A stretch of 64,000 nucleotides of DNA from Paraspadella gotoi (Eukaryota; Animalia; Chaetognatha), in assembly GCA_051294375.1 (NCBI GenBank), contig CM119269.1, positions 4,918,686-4,982,685 on the forward strand, given 5' to 3'. Positions within the stretch are counted from its first letter, which is position 1; each line of letters begins with the position of its first letter. Below the pieces are notes generated by a model, which was not told the DNA's origin, did not search any database, and saw only the letters and a program-made list of their open reading frames with translations. Positions 40,115 to 53,500 of this stretch are shown here, piece by piece. A program made the translations under genes and the position numbers.

Positions 40115-42943
40115 GCAGAGAGACGTAATTTGTGAAGGAAAGGAGGCACTAATGGTGCTGGGGGGGGATAGTCTGTATTACTTGATTTTTACTGACGATC
40201 TCGTAAAATGACGCTAAATCATCACTAATTCCCAAGTCTCTCACTCTAAACATTTCACACACGTCCCTCGAACCAATCACCCCTTCACTAATCTCTCTAA
40301 CACCGCCCCCCCATTCCTCCGTCCCCTCTCGCCTCCAGAAGACCGCAACGGAATACCTTACGTTCTCCGTCTCCACATCGTAGACTCGTCCAGCAACGTA
40401 CTACATGTATTCGAAGTTTCACCATGAAGACGACGGCGCAGTTGCGGTCGTGAAGGCTACACTCGCCAAGTCGGTCGACCGACGTATGATCGTCTGGTGG
40501 AGGGTCGTCGTACCCTTCGACGGATCGAAGGCTCTGGGATCTGGGCAGGAACATAACTTCATCGTGTACACGCAGGGATATCCCGATCCGGCAGAGATGT
40601 CGCAGGTTTGGGGTGGGGGAGCGAAGAGGGTTTTGTTTAGAATCGCTTGATTTCGATGTTTTCTAGTATAATCTATCAATATCTTAGTCGATAGATCAGT
40701 AAATTCTAAATATTAAATGAGTTTTAAAAAAGTATAATTTCTAATGGTGAATACAAATTAATTAAACGAAAAAAAGTAGATCGTTATATAAAAGCTAGAG
40801 AATTAAGATAACAGTACCCGTCACCTTCAAACCATTATTTTGACGTGTTACCTCTCCGCTCACCCGCCTCCTCTCAACACCCCCTTCACTTCAGACATAC
40901 TCGATCCAAGGCAAGCTGAGTTCCACCAACTGTGCGGGACCTCTCAAGTTCGGCTCCTCCAAGAAGCACATGCTCGCTCCTTCCGATTCTACGTCGCGGC
41001 AGCCTCTCGACTCCACCCAGAGATCAAACTTTTTCCAGGGGAAGCCACCTGGAAATATAATAGGTTGATGGAGATACCTCGTGAGCGTTCTTTTTCAACC
41101 CCATCACCTTACATTGTCTGATGGAGGGGGAGAAGAAGGGACGCGGTCAGTCTTTATGATACCTCAACCTCACTTCGACATCCTTGACCTGAAAATCATC
41201 TTAATCATATTCATCGTCATCGTGATTTTACAAAACCGATTGCCTTTTGTTTTTTTGACTGAGTTTTTGGGATCCAACGCATAAAAAAGTTTCTTTTCTC
41301 TTTTTCTTTTCAATTTCTATTTTCGTTTCTTCTTTTCCCCGAATCTCGATTTTTATTTCAAAGTTTAAGANNNNNNNNNNNNNNNNNNNNNNNNNACACG
41401 ACTTCGACTGGAAAAGATATGACGACGACAATGTTTCGACCTTTCCCCAAGCCAGGTGCTCGTCGAAAATTTTCAATTACCCTCTTCGTTCGGGTCGCCC
41501 GTCGCCAACGCGGACACAATACGGAGATCATGTTTCGAGTTCAAGGAAATCGCGAAACGACGACTGGCGCCAATAACAAGATCATTTTGGGTGAGGGAAA
41601 GGGAGGGGGTTCTGGAAGGGGTTTTTGGTTGGTAAGGAGGGGGCAGGCGGGCCTTTGTCAGGGTATGGGGTTTGAAATTTTCAGCTGAATTAGTCCGAGA
41701 GGGAGTTTGACGAGAAGAACCGTAAATTGTGAAGAAAAGAGGCACTAATGGTGCTGGGGGGGGATAAGTCTGTATTACTTGATGATTTTACTGACGATCT
41801 CGTAAATGACCCTAAATCATCACTAATTCCCAAGTCTCTCACTCTAAACATTTCACACACGCGACTCCTCCTCAGACAGATCACCCCTTCACTAATCTCT
41901 CTAACACCGCCCCCCCTTCCTCCGTCCCTTCTCATCCTCCAGAGAGACCGCCAACGGAATACCTTATTCTCCTTCTCACCATCGATAGACTCCTGCAAAC
42001 GGTACTACATTATCGAGATTCACCATGAAGACGACGGCGCAGGTTGCGGTCGTGAAGGCTACACTCGCCAAGTCGGCGTCGACGACTATGATCGTCTGTG
42101 GAGGGTCGTCGTATCCTTCGACGGATCGAAGGCTCTGGGATCTGGGCAGGACATAACTTCATCGTGTACACGGATGGGATATCCCGATCCGGCAGAGATG
42201 TCGCAGGTTTGGGGTGGGGGAGCGAAGAGGGTTTGTTTTAGTATCGCTGATTCGATGTTTTCTAGTATAATCTATCAATAATCTTAGTCGATAGATCAGT
42301 AATTCTAAAATATTAATGAGTTATAAAAGTTTCAATTTCTATGTGAACAAAATTAATTAAACGAAAAAAGAGTATGTATATAAAAGCTAGAGAATTAGAT
42401 AACAGTACCGTCACATTCACAAACCATTATTAGAACGTGTTACCTCTCCGCTACACCGCCCCTCACACCCCCTTCACTTCAGACATACTCGATTCCAAGG
42501 CAAGCTGAGTTCCACCAACTGGTCGGGACCTTCAAGTTCGGCTCCTCCAAGAAGCACATGCTCGTCCTTCCGATTCTACGTCGGCAGCCTCTCGACTCAC
42601 CCAGAGATCAAACTTTTTCCAGGGGAAGCCACCTGGAAATATAATAGGTTGATGAGATACCTCTGTGACGTTCTTTTTCAACCCCATCACCTTACATGTC
42701 TGATGGGGGGGGGAGAAAGAAGGGACGCGGTCAGTCTTTATGATACCTCAACTCACTTCGACATCTTGACCTGAAAATCATCTAATCATATTCATCGTCA
42801 TCGTGATTTTACAAAACCGATTGCCTTTTGTTTTTAACTGATGTTTTGGATCCAACGCATAAAAAGTTTCTTTTTCTCTTTTCTTTTCAATTTTCTATTT
42901 TCGTTTCTTCTTTTCCCCGAATCTCGATTTTTATTCAAAGTTA
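40115..42943. repeat. ~1.25-kb noisy direct duplication (40115-41368 vs ~41710-42943) flanking the gap at 41371-41395
   Basis: The same exon and intron text occurs twice with indel-type differences. Confidence 0.85.
40338..42647 (+). CDS. Second LamG-like domain exons, present as two error-rich copies (40338-40605 and 40894-41063; ~41396-41590, 41943-42206 and 42483-42647)
   Basis: Fragments FSITLFVR..., VVV.FDGSKALGSGQ..FIVYT.GYPDP and TYSIQGKLSSTNCAGPLKFGSSK...NFFQGK with splice sites. The frameshifts differ between the copies, which suggests read errors. Confidence 0.5.
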
Positions 42944-42945
42944 AG

Positions 42946-45080
42946 TCTCGGCCCTCATTAGCGGAACCTCAAAAGACATGGTTGTCACGGGCGACGCTTC
43001 GATCAAAAGAAGCGGCGGCCTCTTCGGCGATCCGTACGCGATGCTCAACTCGGGGACGGCCAGGATCAAGAAGGAAGACGCCGTCGATCTTCTCCCAACT
43101 GCGACCATCGGTAAGTCCGTGTCTCTATCTCTCAAAGTGTCTCAATGTCTGTCTGTCTAAGTGTAAGTTTGTCTGTCTGCCTCCCTCTTTTTCAGTCTGT
43201 AGTCCAGTTTTAAGTTGCGACGCGAGTACTCGCCATGAGAAACTTGTCGGTCGGTCGGGCTGTCAGTTGGTATATCTGTTTGTCCTACCGACATCAGAAA
43301 TGCTTATAACTTGGGTTATACTTCATAAATTTAGTTTATATTTAGTTGTTTTTTTTAACCATTAACTATTATTAACGTTTGAAATCATCTTATAACATAA
43401 TCACATTACCCATAATTTAATACAGCTTAAATCATATAATGATGGTATTTTGATGCAGTACGTGTTTGGGTAGTCACATAATCACTTAAAAATATACATA
43501 ATAGAAAGTTACTGTGACGCAACACATTGGAATTAATTAATTTGAGCCAAAAATCACCTACTAAAATATGTAAATGATATTACGGGGTACTTGTTTCTCA
43601 TTTCTTTCTTTCTTCTTTTTTTTTTATCCCTCCCCTGTCCCCCAACCATTCCCTCTCTCACCGCGCCACCCACTCAGGTGCGTTCTGGCTCTACTTCAAG
43701 TCTTGCTCCCTCGCCCGTGGCAACCTCATGACGGTTTGGGACGCTTCCACTTCCAAAGCCACCATGGAGATTCGCCCCACGACTGCCGGAGACGCTCTCC
43801 AAGTCTGCTTCCCCAACGCGGTCAACCAGAAGGATTTACCAGTTGTCTTCACGACGCCCAAGGTGGAGTGATGATGATGGTGATGACGATGATGACGATA
43901 ATGATTGTGATAGTGATTATATGGATGATCGATGTTGAGGTTGATGGTGATGAATGAATATGATGTCATAATGCATAACAGTACTAAATATGTTGTAGTT
44001 TTTGTTGATGATGATGATGATGATGATGATAAAGATTATTATACCAATTATAAAGATAATGACGAAGACTGTCTCATTCTCCCTTCCTAGTTTTCAAAGG
44101 ATGAGTGGAATTACATCGGAGTCTTCAACTCGGGCGCCAACAAGTTGACAGTCGTCCTCAATTCGATCGTCGTCTACGAGGAAAGCCTCAAATCCTTCGG
44201 CGGCGTCGTCAAGAACGACATCGTCTTCGGAGCCAACAACATCGAAGGCAAAGGTGCGCTCGGAGGGTTCGAAGAGAAAAGGGCTAAAGGGGAGAGGGGA
44301 AACGCTTAACGTAAATATAGTTCAATACGAATCCATTAATTTTTTTAAAAAATAAGAAAAGTTTTCAGCGTTTATTCGGTTACTTTGTTTAATAAAAATT
44401 TTAAATTAATTTTCTTGACAAGCTTTCTAGTTGTTTCGTTCATAAGCTCTCATTAGATATATTTGTTATAGTAGAAATCGCTTCGACTTTCTTTTCTTCA
44501 TTTAATTTCGTAGTCTTATTGAATCGCGTCTAAAAAGGTTAGTCTCCGCCCACTATTCCAGGACCTTACTTCGGCGGGGATATCTCCAATTTTATGGTGT
44601 CGAACCATGGAAATGTCGGCTACAGCACCGTCGTTAACAACATCATGAAGTGGGCCAATCCCAACTGCGTTCCCTTCTTGGATCTGCCCGTCGAGGCGGG
44701 AAGTCCGTACAGGTGGGGGCCATAGTTATGGCAAGGACTTTTTCTTTCTTTTTATTTTTCGTTTCTTACTTACGCGATCTTAGTAATTATCTCTTAGTCT
44801 CTTCGTCTCTTACCACAAGCATCCTATTTGGACAGGCGTTGGTGGGTTAAGTCCTTCAATCCCTCCTACAAGATAATAACATTGCGAGCTTCTCTCAGAT
44901 TCTCTCGGTGTACCAATGAATTTATATCAAGTTTTTTTAAAACTATTTCAATATCAATATCTGTTTCCTCCTGGTATCTTATGTATCCCTTTTTTTCCCC
45001 CAAACAGAGACGGCAGCTGCATGCGCCTCGACGCCTCACCAGTCGGCTCCGACGTCCCCGCTCTTCCGATCAAATACACG
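42946..45080 (+). CDS. Laminin-G/pentraxin-like domain exons ~42946-43110, 43678-43862, 44091-44253, 44562-44712, 45008-~45080
   Basis: In-phase splice: ...ATIG/AFWLYFK...TTPK/FSKDEWNYIGVFNSGANKLTVVLNS...DIVFGANNIEGK/GPYFGGDISNFMV...PYR/DGSCMRL...KYT. The pattern FW, EW..I.V, L.V.LN, I.FG, F.G.ISNF fits a LamG/ConA-like fold and is followed by the start of an EGF. Confidence 0.7.
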
Positions 45081-45307
45081 CTCTCTCTCTCTCTAGTAAC
45101 CAGAGAGAGAGAGAGAGAACATGATTGGGGGAAGAAAGAAGCAATGTAAGAAATGAAATAAAAGGAAGATATTACGTAGATACAATTAAACATTTTTTTA
45201 AAATAAAAAGTGTTCTTCATACTGAATTTCTTTTTCACCATTCACCTCTCCCCCCCCTCTCATTACTCCACCACCACCGACCACCCTCATTCCTCTACCA
45301 CCACCAG

Positions 45308-45890
45308 GCACCAAGTATTCCTGCGACTGCACCGGCACGGGCTTCACCGGCACAGTCTGCGAAACCGACGTGGACGAATGCACTCAAAACAAGTGCGACT
45401 CGACGGGCTCCTCGGGATGCACCAATTTAGTCGGCTCCTACGACTGCCATTGCAAACCTGGCTTCATCAAGACGGACGCCGACAAGACGTGCAAAGAGTT
45501 TGCCAGCGGCTGCGACAAGAAGCCTTGCTTGCTAAACGGTAAGACCAGTTTTTAATGATACTGTTTTTGTTTTTAATGGCTTAGCTTAGGTTATTATGAG
45601 GGTAACCAGCTTTGAGGGGTAAAGCACATAAGGCGTCCTGACCAATTATACATGAATTCGTAAAACATTCCATTATTTGTAACATCGCCGGATTCACGGT
45701 CACAATTTTATGCCGATCCCCCCCCTCGCCTCGCGGGTCAGGCGTTTGCGCGAAGGGTTCGAGCCAATCCAACGACTTCTCTTGCTCCTGCGTTTATCCC
45801 ATCTACGGAGGATCCCCGTTGATGGAAGGCACCGTCTGCCAAACGCCCAAGAGCGGCGCCGGCGTCACGGTCTACGCTTCATTCGCGAAG
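45308..45890 (+). CDS. EGF-repeat exons 45308-45538 and 45742-45890, probably the same gene as 50539-53675
   Basis: TKYSCDCTGTGFTGTVCETDVDECTQNKCDSTGSSGCTNLVGSYDCHCKPGF (calcium-binding EGF) ...CDKKPCLLNG/VCAKGSSQSNDFSCSCVYPIYGG...VC. Confidence 0.82.
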
Positions 45891-45998
45891 GTGGGTAAGG
45901 TGCCGGTAAGGTGCGAGTAAGGAAAGGTTAAACTCGCGCAATTGACGTCTTTCAGTTCGCCCTCGATTTCAAAGAAAATTATCAGAATTAGATTAGAA

Positions 45999-46037
<39 letters not shown>

Positions 46038-46060
46038 CATCGGTGAGTTCGGTGGGAATG

Positions 46061-46107
<47 letters not shown>

Positions 46108-46233
46108 AGAGAGGAGAGAGAGAGAGAGAGAAAGTTAAATTTATAAATTTTACTACGCCTTAATACCTACATATCGTAAATGACAGAAATATCCCTTCTT
46201 TACTCAAAAAATATCTGCCTGTCCTTTCCTCAG

Positions 46234-49200
46234 GACTGGACGAACCGGAACCGAATAACAACGTGATTGTCGTCGGCGGCGCTAACGGAGAGCGGCGCCA
46301 ATCGGAGGCCTGCATCCTCGGCGTCGACGCCGGTTTCGAGGCGCTGCTCGCCGACCGAAAGGGGGACGCTGAATCGAGCAGCACCGCGGCGTCGGCGTCG
46401 GCAGCAGCTCCGGCGGTCGATTCCTCCGGGAGAGGACGTAGAATGAGGTCTGTGAAGAGATTAATTAATCGAATGATAATTAAAAAGACATTAATTAATC
46501 GAATGATGATTTAAAAAAAATTAATTAATCGAATGATGATTAAAAACATATTAATTAATCGAATGATAATTAAAAAGAAAACCTCATTCGTCCGTTTGTC
46601 CGTTAGTCTTCGTTCTCGATGATGGAGATCGGTTTAGTTCGCTTCCACTCTGGGTATTCAGCCTGAAGAGCGAAAACGATAATTGAAAAAAACAAACAAA
46701 AAAACGAGGTTGAATCCTTTACTGAACTAACATACTTCCTTGCCTACTAATCAATATTTATAATTGCATATAAATTCTCATTTCAAAGTCGAGATCATTA
46801 ATAACTATGTTTCGCTCTCTCGGCCGGCAGCGACAGAGGCGGTCTGCTTGTTCGCTCCCAGTCGCTCAGGTACGATCCGTTGCTTTCCTCTTGGCCTTCA
46901 AAATCGCCTTTTCACTATTTAATCGTTTCATAATACTAGTCAGAATACGAGGTCAATATTAAATACGTATTTTTCTTAGAATATAATTTTCTTGAAGCAA
47001 AACACACCAAAGCACACAGTATTTACATAGATATTCCTGGTTTTTTTTTATATTTCCATTCGTATTTAACTATTGAATTTTCATGCAAAAATAATGTTTC
47101 TTTTGGATTCACCTCGTTGCTTTATTGCTTTGGTAATGCACATTGCTTACAGCTTGGCTTTGGGCTTTTTTTACTCTTCGTTCAACGGGGAAAATAACGG
47201 ATTTGAGGGGATTCGTTCTTTATGATCATAATTTTGTTTTAATTTTTTAATTTTATTTTATTTTCAAATTTTGTTTGGAATTATTTAATAATTTATCCAC
47301 TAAGAAATGAATTGACAAAAGAAGTCCCCGTAATACATCAGATATACGCATAGGTTATAATCACCGCAATATTCAACAATACACAAAAACATCAAACATT
47401 CAACATATATTGTACTATTTATGCATAATATTATTAAGCACTTTCAATCTATGTCGTTTTGTTGGCCAACTCATCGCCAACCCTACCGCCTCTACAGGAC
47501 GACTTCGGAACCAACGATCGAAGGCCGCGATACGAAGAACGACGACGAGGACGCAATCGTCGAGAGGACTTCGGAAAACGAGTCGAGGACGATTGGCGCG
47601 AAGGCATCGGAAGAAAGACCGAGCTTGCCACAAGTGGGTCTACGATTACGAGTAGCGATTCAACTGGACCAGCAACAAAAAGGGATCAATTCTCCCCTCT
47701 CCTCTCCACCTTTTTTCCCCTCGACCAGGAATGGATGCCGGCTTCGGCTTCTAAACGCGGCCCTCAAGCTCACCGTCCGGCCTCCAAACGGTTCGTCAGA
47801 AAATCCATTCGAAGGAAGTTGCCCACGCAGTCGCCGCTGGAACCTTTTCCGACGCTGAGTGAGTTTGTAACTTTTGTTTTTTTTAGATTCGTTTTCGTTC
47901 CCATATTTTCTTACTCGCCCTGAATCACTTACCGCACCGGCCCTTCCCACGCTCGGTCCAGTGGCCAAATCTCGACAGCCAATCACCGTCGTCGGCGAAG
48001 TCAGCGGGAAAATCGCCATCCTCATTGACGATACTATTGACGAAGTCGAGGTGAGTTTAACTACTACTAATACTACTAATACTAAAACTACTACTACTAC
48101 TTATACTACTACTAATACTACTACTATCGGTTATATCGAATGATTCATTTGATTTCATCGATATTTTTTATTTATTGTTTTTAAACTTGGTTTATTATAT
48201 TGTAAGTTTACCCTGATTGATTATTGATTTTAACGTTTTACTAATTTATTTGTAACATTATTTATTTATTTATTTTTATTCATTTCTAAATTTATCTATT
48301 TATAAATTATGCTTTTTTAACGTTTTGTTTCGATAAATTATCTATTTATATTAATTGCTATCTCTGTATCTCAGGGATTCGTCGTCGCCGCGACCGTCCT
48401 CAAAAATCACGGCGCCTCCAAAGTTTACGTCGTCGCGACGCATGGAATTCTTTCCGCCGACGCAGCCAGGTATATTTTGAGCCCAGTATTTCTCTCTTAA
48501 TTAGTCATAATGTTAGGACCCGCCGGTCCGTCCTCCTCCTAAAACGCCCCCGAGAATATTCTCGGGGGCGTTGAATATTTGAGGAAACTCTTCAACCCCG
48601 GCGAGATGCTTCGGTAGTCCAGAGATTCTTCAAAGGCATGATTTGGTGGCTTGAGCAGATCGACGATCAAATAGTCTCTTTATTTCTCTGAGTTTATGAA
48701 GAGTTTAAAAAGGGTACCTTAATAAAATAATCAAAGTATATAAATATTCAAACAGTACAATAAAGAATAATTATAAAAATTATTATTTAAACACTCAAAA
48801 GAATTACAAAAATCAGTATAAACTCAAAAACCAATGAATAAACTAAAGCACGAATGACGAAATGATCCAAACGATAAATCCTTGTGACGAAGTAAAGTTC
48901 GAACTCAGATATCACGATTCGCGAGTCTTTGGATCTAACAATAATCGTTTGATTTTAAACTTTCTCAATTTTTTTTAAACCAAGTTTGATCGAAGAGTCG
49001 GTCATAGACGAAGTCGTCGTCACCAACACAGTTCCGCACGTCGACCAAAAGCTCGAGGTAAGTGGAGTTCAGGGTCGGTAGGTTAGGCTAAGTTGGAAAT
49101 TGTGTGAAGAGAAGGTACAAATCTTAACTGGTCAGTGGTCAATTATTTCGGGCAATGTAATTTTGCGATGGCATTACCTTACCTGTCGACTCTTTTTCAA

Positions 49201-49317
49201 CAGACGCACAAGATCAAGACCGTGGACGTGAGCATTTTGTTGACCGAGTCGATGCGGCGAATGCACTACGGCGAATCCATGCAGCATCTCTTCAGGAACG
49301 TCTCTATTCACGACTGA
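46234..49317 (+). CDS. PRPSAP: PRPSAP coding exons 8-14: 46234-46447, 47498-47633, 47729-47858, 47962-48050, 48375-48469, 48985-49057, 49204-49317
   Basis: The last four exons give MAKSRQPITVVGEVSGKIAILIDDTIDEVE/GFVVAATVLKNHGASKVYVVATHGILSADAAS/LIEESVIDEVVVTNTVPHVDQKLE/THKIKTVDVSILLTESMRRMHYGESMQHLFRNVSIHD*, the PRPSAP C-terminus. The first three exons are assigned by unbroken splice phase (1,2,0,1), not by homology. AATAAA near 49556-49570. Confidence 0.88.
46460..46578. repeat. 30-bp tandem repeat x4 (ATTAATTAATCGAATGATAATTAAAAAGAC)
   Basis: Read directly; starts just after the donor of PRPSAP exon 8. Confidence 0.88.
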
Positions 49318-50405
49318 AACCGACGGCGATTCTTCCAACGCTCCGACCAACCCGTCAATGTCATTCCTATGTTTAAAAATATTTACTATGAGATTTTTTT
49401 ACTGTTATGAATTTGTATATGTATATTTTTGCTTGATTTATACAATAGTTATTGTTGCACGACCATGTTGCGAAGTTGTTGAGATTGAAAGATTACTTCT
49501 TCCAGTTTTATTCTGTTTATAATAGGGCAAAGAGGGATTTTTTACTCATATGTCAAATAAATAATAAAGTAGTATAGTTTTTTTGTACTACAGCCTAATC
49601 GTCATTGAACGAGCGAATTCATAAAGTCAGTTCTTAAATTTCTGGGTGGAAACTAACAAAAAGTAGAAAGTCGGTTCTCAAACTTATCTCAAGATGTCAG
49701 TGCAGTTCGGAAAGATTTTCTTGTTTGCTTGGTTTAACAAAAGCGCAACCTCGATGAAATTTGAGCTTCTGTTAAAACTAGAAGCTCTAAGTTAGAATCT
49801 AACCTATTCGTCAGAAACAAAATTAATTTATATTCTTGCTAACTAAACGAATGGTTATAGCAAGATATGATTCTAGAATTTTACGTGAGAATTGAAATAA
49901 GACTAAATTTTTGTTTAAATCAAGAAGTTGGTTTAACTGTTAAATATCATTTCAATAGTAGATTAAGTTTCTAAATTAAAAGAGCCAAATTTAACTTCTA
50001 TTAACGAAATACAGATTAATATTTAATTTGTCTTCGTGTTGTGTTCTCGACGAAAAAAGTTAGAACCTTCATAATAATCCTAAAATCAGTGAAGATCCGT
50101 TATGTTTGAATGAAAGATAATCGGTCTGCATGACAATCGCGTCGGGGATTACTTTTTTTGTTGCTGGTTTCATTTTTATGCTAATATAGAAAGATAAAAT
50201 TCTTACAATCACAGTGAAAACTTTTAAAAATATTTTATGATAATTTTTATAAAAATCCCATCATTTTTTGAAAGTTCAACAGTTGATACAAATAAGATAA
50301 ATATCAAAATAAACGGAAAAATATTTAAAAAATAAAATAACCAGTCTTCACTGTAACTTCATTGTTTTCCTCCTCTCTATTCTTTGCTCCCCAGCTCGAG
50401 TTCAG

Positions 50406-50413
50406 TATAAAAG
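50406..50413 (+). promoter_or_regulatory. Candidate TATA box of the EGF gene
   Basis: TATAAAAG-like element about 130 bp upstream of the ATG at 50539. Confidence 0.4.
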
Positions 50414-50538
50414 AGGGGCATAGGGTCCCCTTCTCTCTCTCTCTCTCTCTGTGTCTTTCTTTCCCTCTTTTCTTTGATCTTTTTTTTTAATCGGATCCAA
50501 AATTAGTCCATTAATTTTAAATGCGAAGTAAGGAAAAA

Positions 50539-53500
50539 ATGACCAGCAAAGTAAGTAAAAAGATACGCATTTAATAGATTGAAGTATGGTTCATCGTTTC
50601 GAAATTTGGCTCCAAGTGTCTACAAATTTAACGTCAAATGTATTCAGTTCTGTAATTTTTCAGTTCCAGCAAATAAAGTACGTTATATTGTCTTCTAAAC
50701 GTTTTATAACACTCTTTATCTTTTATCGAGAAGAATTTTTTGAGGGCCTCGCTTCCCTTTAAAGTTTTATAAACCTATGTCCTTTTGTTTGACGAATATT
50801 GAATTAATTAAATCTTATTTTTCCCTCGAGGCGGCGCTGACGTTGGCGCTGATCGTTGTCGCTCTGGTCCTGGTCGGCGTCGTCAATGGGGGAGTGTCTC
50901 GATCCTCAATCCCGCGATGGGCGCGGTCATTGTTGAGGAGAAGATCGGTGAGTTTTTGCGCACAATTTTTTTTAATTCCGTCAAAATGCTAATTTGTCAT
51001 GCTATCCCTTTTCATTGTACATGGAAACTCAGAATAGACGTTAAAATATGTTATTTTTTATATCGCAAAATCAATTGTAATCACAAGGAGAAAATTTAAT
51101 GAATGCGAATAAACGAATGGTATATTTTTTTACTTTTAAATTTTTTAAAAAAAATTGTTTCAGACGACATCGAAGTCATGTTTGCATTACACCTACAGCA
51201 GATGCAACAAAAACGGTGAGTCAACAAGACTGTTTGTATTATTATGGTTTTTTTTTATCATTAATCATATTGCATGTCAATACTTCTTCGCTAAACGCTT
51301 TATAAAACTCAAAATTATACATTTATATTCATCAAATTACTGTCATTTTTAAGCCTACAACTGGTAGGACTCACTTCGGCAAACTTTTTTTATTGAGATC
51401 CACAAAATATATATAATAGTATATTAATTAATTAATTAAATACGGTATATATATAGCAAGATAGCATATATACCGCATATGTTTGACCCGATTCAACTTT
51501 CAGCCCAATGCCTGCTGAAAACGGAGACTTACCAAGATACTGCAGTTAACTTTAAAAACGTCAAGTACGGAGTTGAGTTTCTGTGTCTCTGCAAACCCGG
51601 TTACGAAACTTATTACCCTAACAATCCATCCCCGGCTGTTCCCAACGACGGCGATCCTCCACAGGATTACTGCAACGCCGGGAAGGTAGGTGACTAAGTG
51701 TGGGATCATTTACGGATTTCATTATGGTAAGTGTCTACCCATTGATCAATGATTACTAGTGAAGAGACAGTAATGATTGTTGGGTGTTAGTGACAGAACC
51801 GTTCAATATAAGCAGTCCCTGAGCTTCGGGTCTAGGTTGTAACACCGTGTTACAGGCGGGTTCAGCGCCCCGTCCCCTCTCAACTGCTAGGCGACCACCG
51901 GGCTAGAACCCCGGACCTTTGGGTTGGGAGGCGAATGACTTGCCTCCTGCACCAATGGCCGCTGATGAACGGTTGGTTCATCATACTAGTAAAATTTTGT
52001 GAGGGCGATTTAGATCCAAAATAATTTTTATGCATTCTTTCATTACTTTTAGAGCAGCGCTCTGAAAAACTTGAAATATTTTACCGTTTTTAAAACGTAA
52101 CAAAAGTTGTCTTTTTGCCAGGATCCTTGCCGCACCTCGAATCCTTGCGGCACCAAGAGCGCGGACAACAAATGCGTCTACGACAAACCGGGTCAGTTCA
52201 AGTGCATCTGCACCCAATTTTGGGAAGGTCAGATTTGCCAGAATGACGTCAACGAGTGTCTCAAGGAGGATCGCTGCAAGAACGACGGAACCTGTCAGAA
52301 CCAAATACAGAGCACCCAGTTTCCCATGGGATACAGCTGCATGTGAGAACAACGACGGGAAAAAAAAAAATCGTCAAATTTAAATTACTATGTAAAATAT
52401 TGAAAAAAAAAAACTGACTTATTAAGTCTCTAGTGACAAGCATAATTCGCTCAAATCAGCATAAAACAAAATTTGGATTTTTTTTAATTTCAAATTCATT
52501 AATTGGGGCGGGATTTTTTAAATCGTCACTATGTCACATCGAATTCAGCTGCAAAACCGGAACCACCGGCGCCAATTGCGAGGAAGTCAACGATCCCTGC
52601 GCTCGTTCGCCGTGTCTCGGGACGTCCGCTTTTGGCGGGGCGGTCGACTCCAACCCCTGCGTCAAATTGAACGACGGTGAGATTTGATATTAGTTACTCG
52701 TCTACTAGATCAAACAATATGGATGAATTAAAAATTATTTCATGTTATTTAATATTTAAGATATAAGGACGGTGTTGTTTGTTATACCATCTTTTAAGAA
52801 AAAATATTTTTTATTAACTTTCTACGAAATATCACACTTATACAGTCAAACTGACTCCAAATTCACCAAATTTATTAGCGACTTTATTTTCTCATGACTC
52901 CGAAAAGCCTGCACTGGAACTACCCCTACGTGCGCCATAGTCCTGAAGGATCCAAAGACTCTGAGTGGGTGAGTCTTGGGGTTAGGAAACGAGCATATCA
53001 ATTTGTTTTGTTCAAAAAAAAAAAAAAAAAAACCTAAAAAAATTGACGTCAGCTAATTTTAAAATCAGATTATAATCCTAACTTACCTTTTCCCATTCCG
53101 CCCTCTTTTTTCCTTACCCTCCCCCCTCCAGTTACAAATGCACCTGCAAGGATGGATGGGGCGGCCAGAAGTGCGAAATGCGGACGGGCGGTTGCGATTC
53201 GAACCCCTGCGCCGGAAGAGGGACGTGCGAGATCGACAATCTCTACCCGACGTTCTTCAAGTGCATCTGCTACGAGGGATACTCCAATGACGTCGCCCAG
53301 CTGGCCGAAGGCAGATACTGCACCAAAGTCGTCAACCTGTGCGACAACTCGCCCTGCAAGAACGAGGGAACGTGCGTCTGTTTGGGTAAAGATTATTTTG
53401 CGGGTCCAAACATCTTCTGTTGTTTTTTCTGCTTTGTAGTAGTGTTTTTTTTTTCATTTCAATGATGTTTTTCGATCAGTAGCCTATTAACCAACGATGA

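Noticed and set aside
40115-42943. Genuine tandem exon duplication or mutually exclusive exons
   Set aside because: The copies flank an N gap, include the introns and differ mostly by indels that break the frame differently. This is typical of uncollapsed noisy reads.
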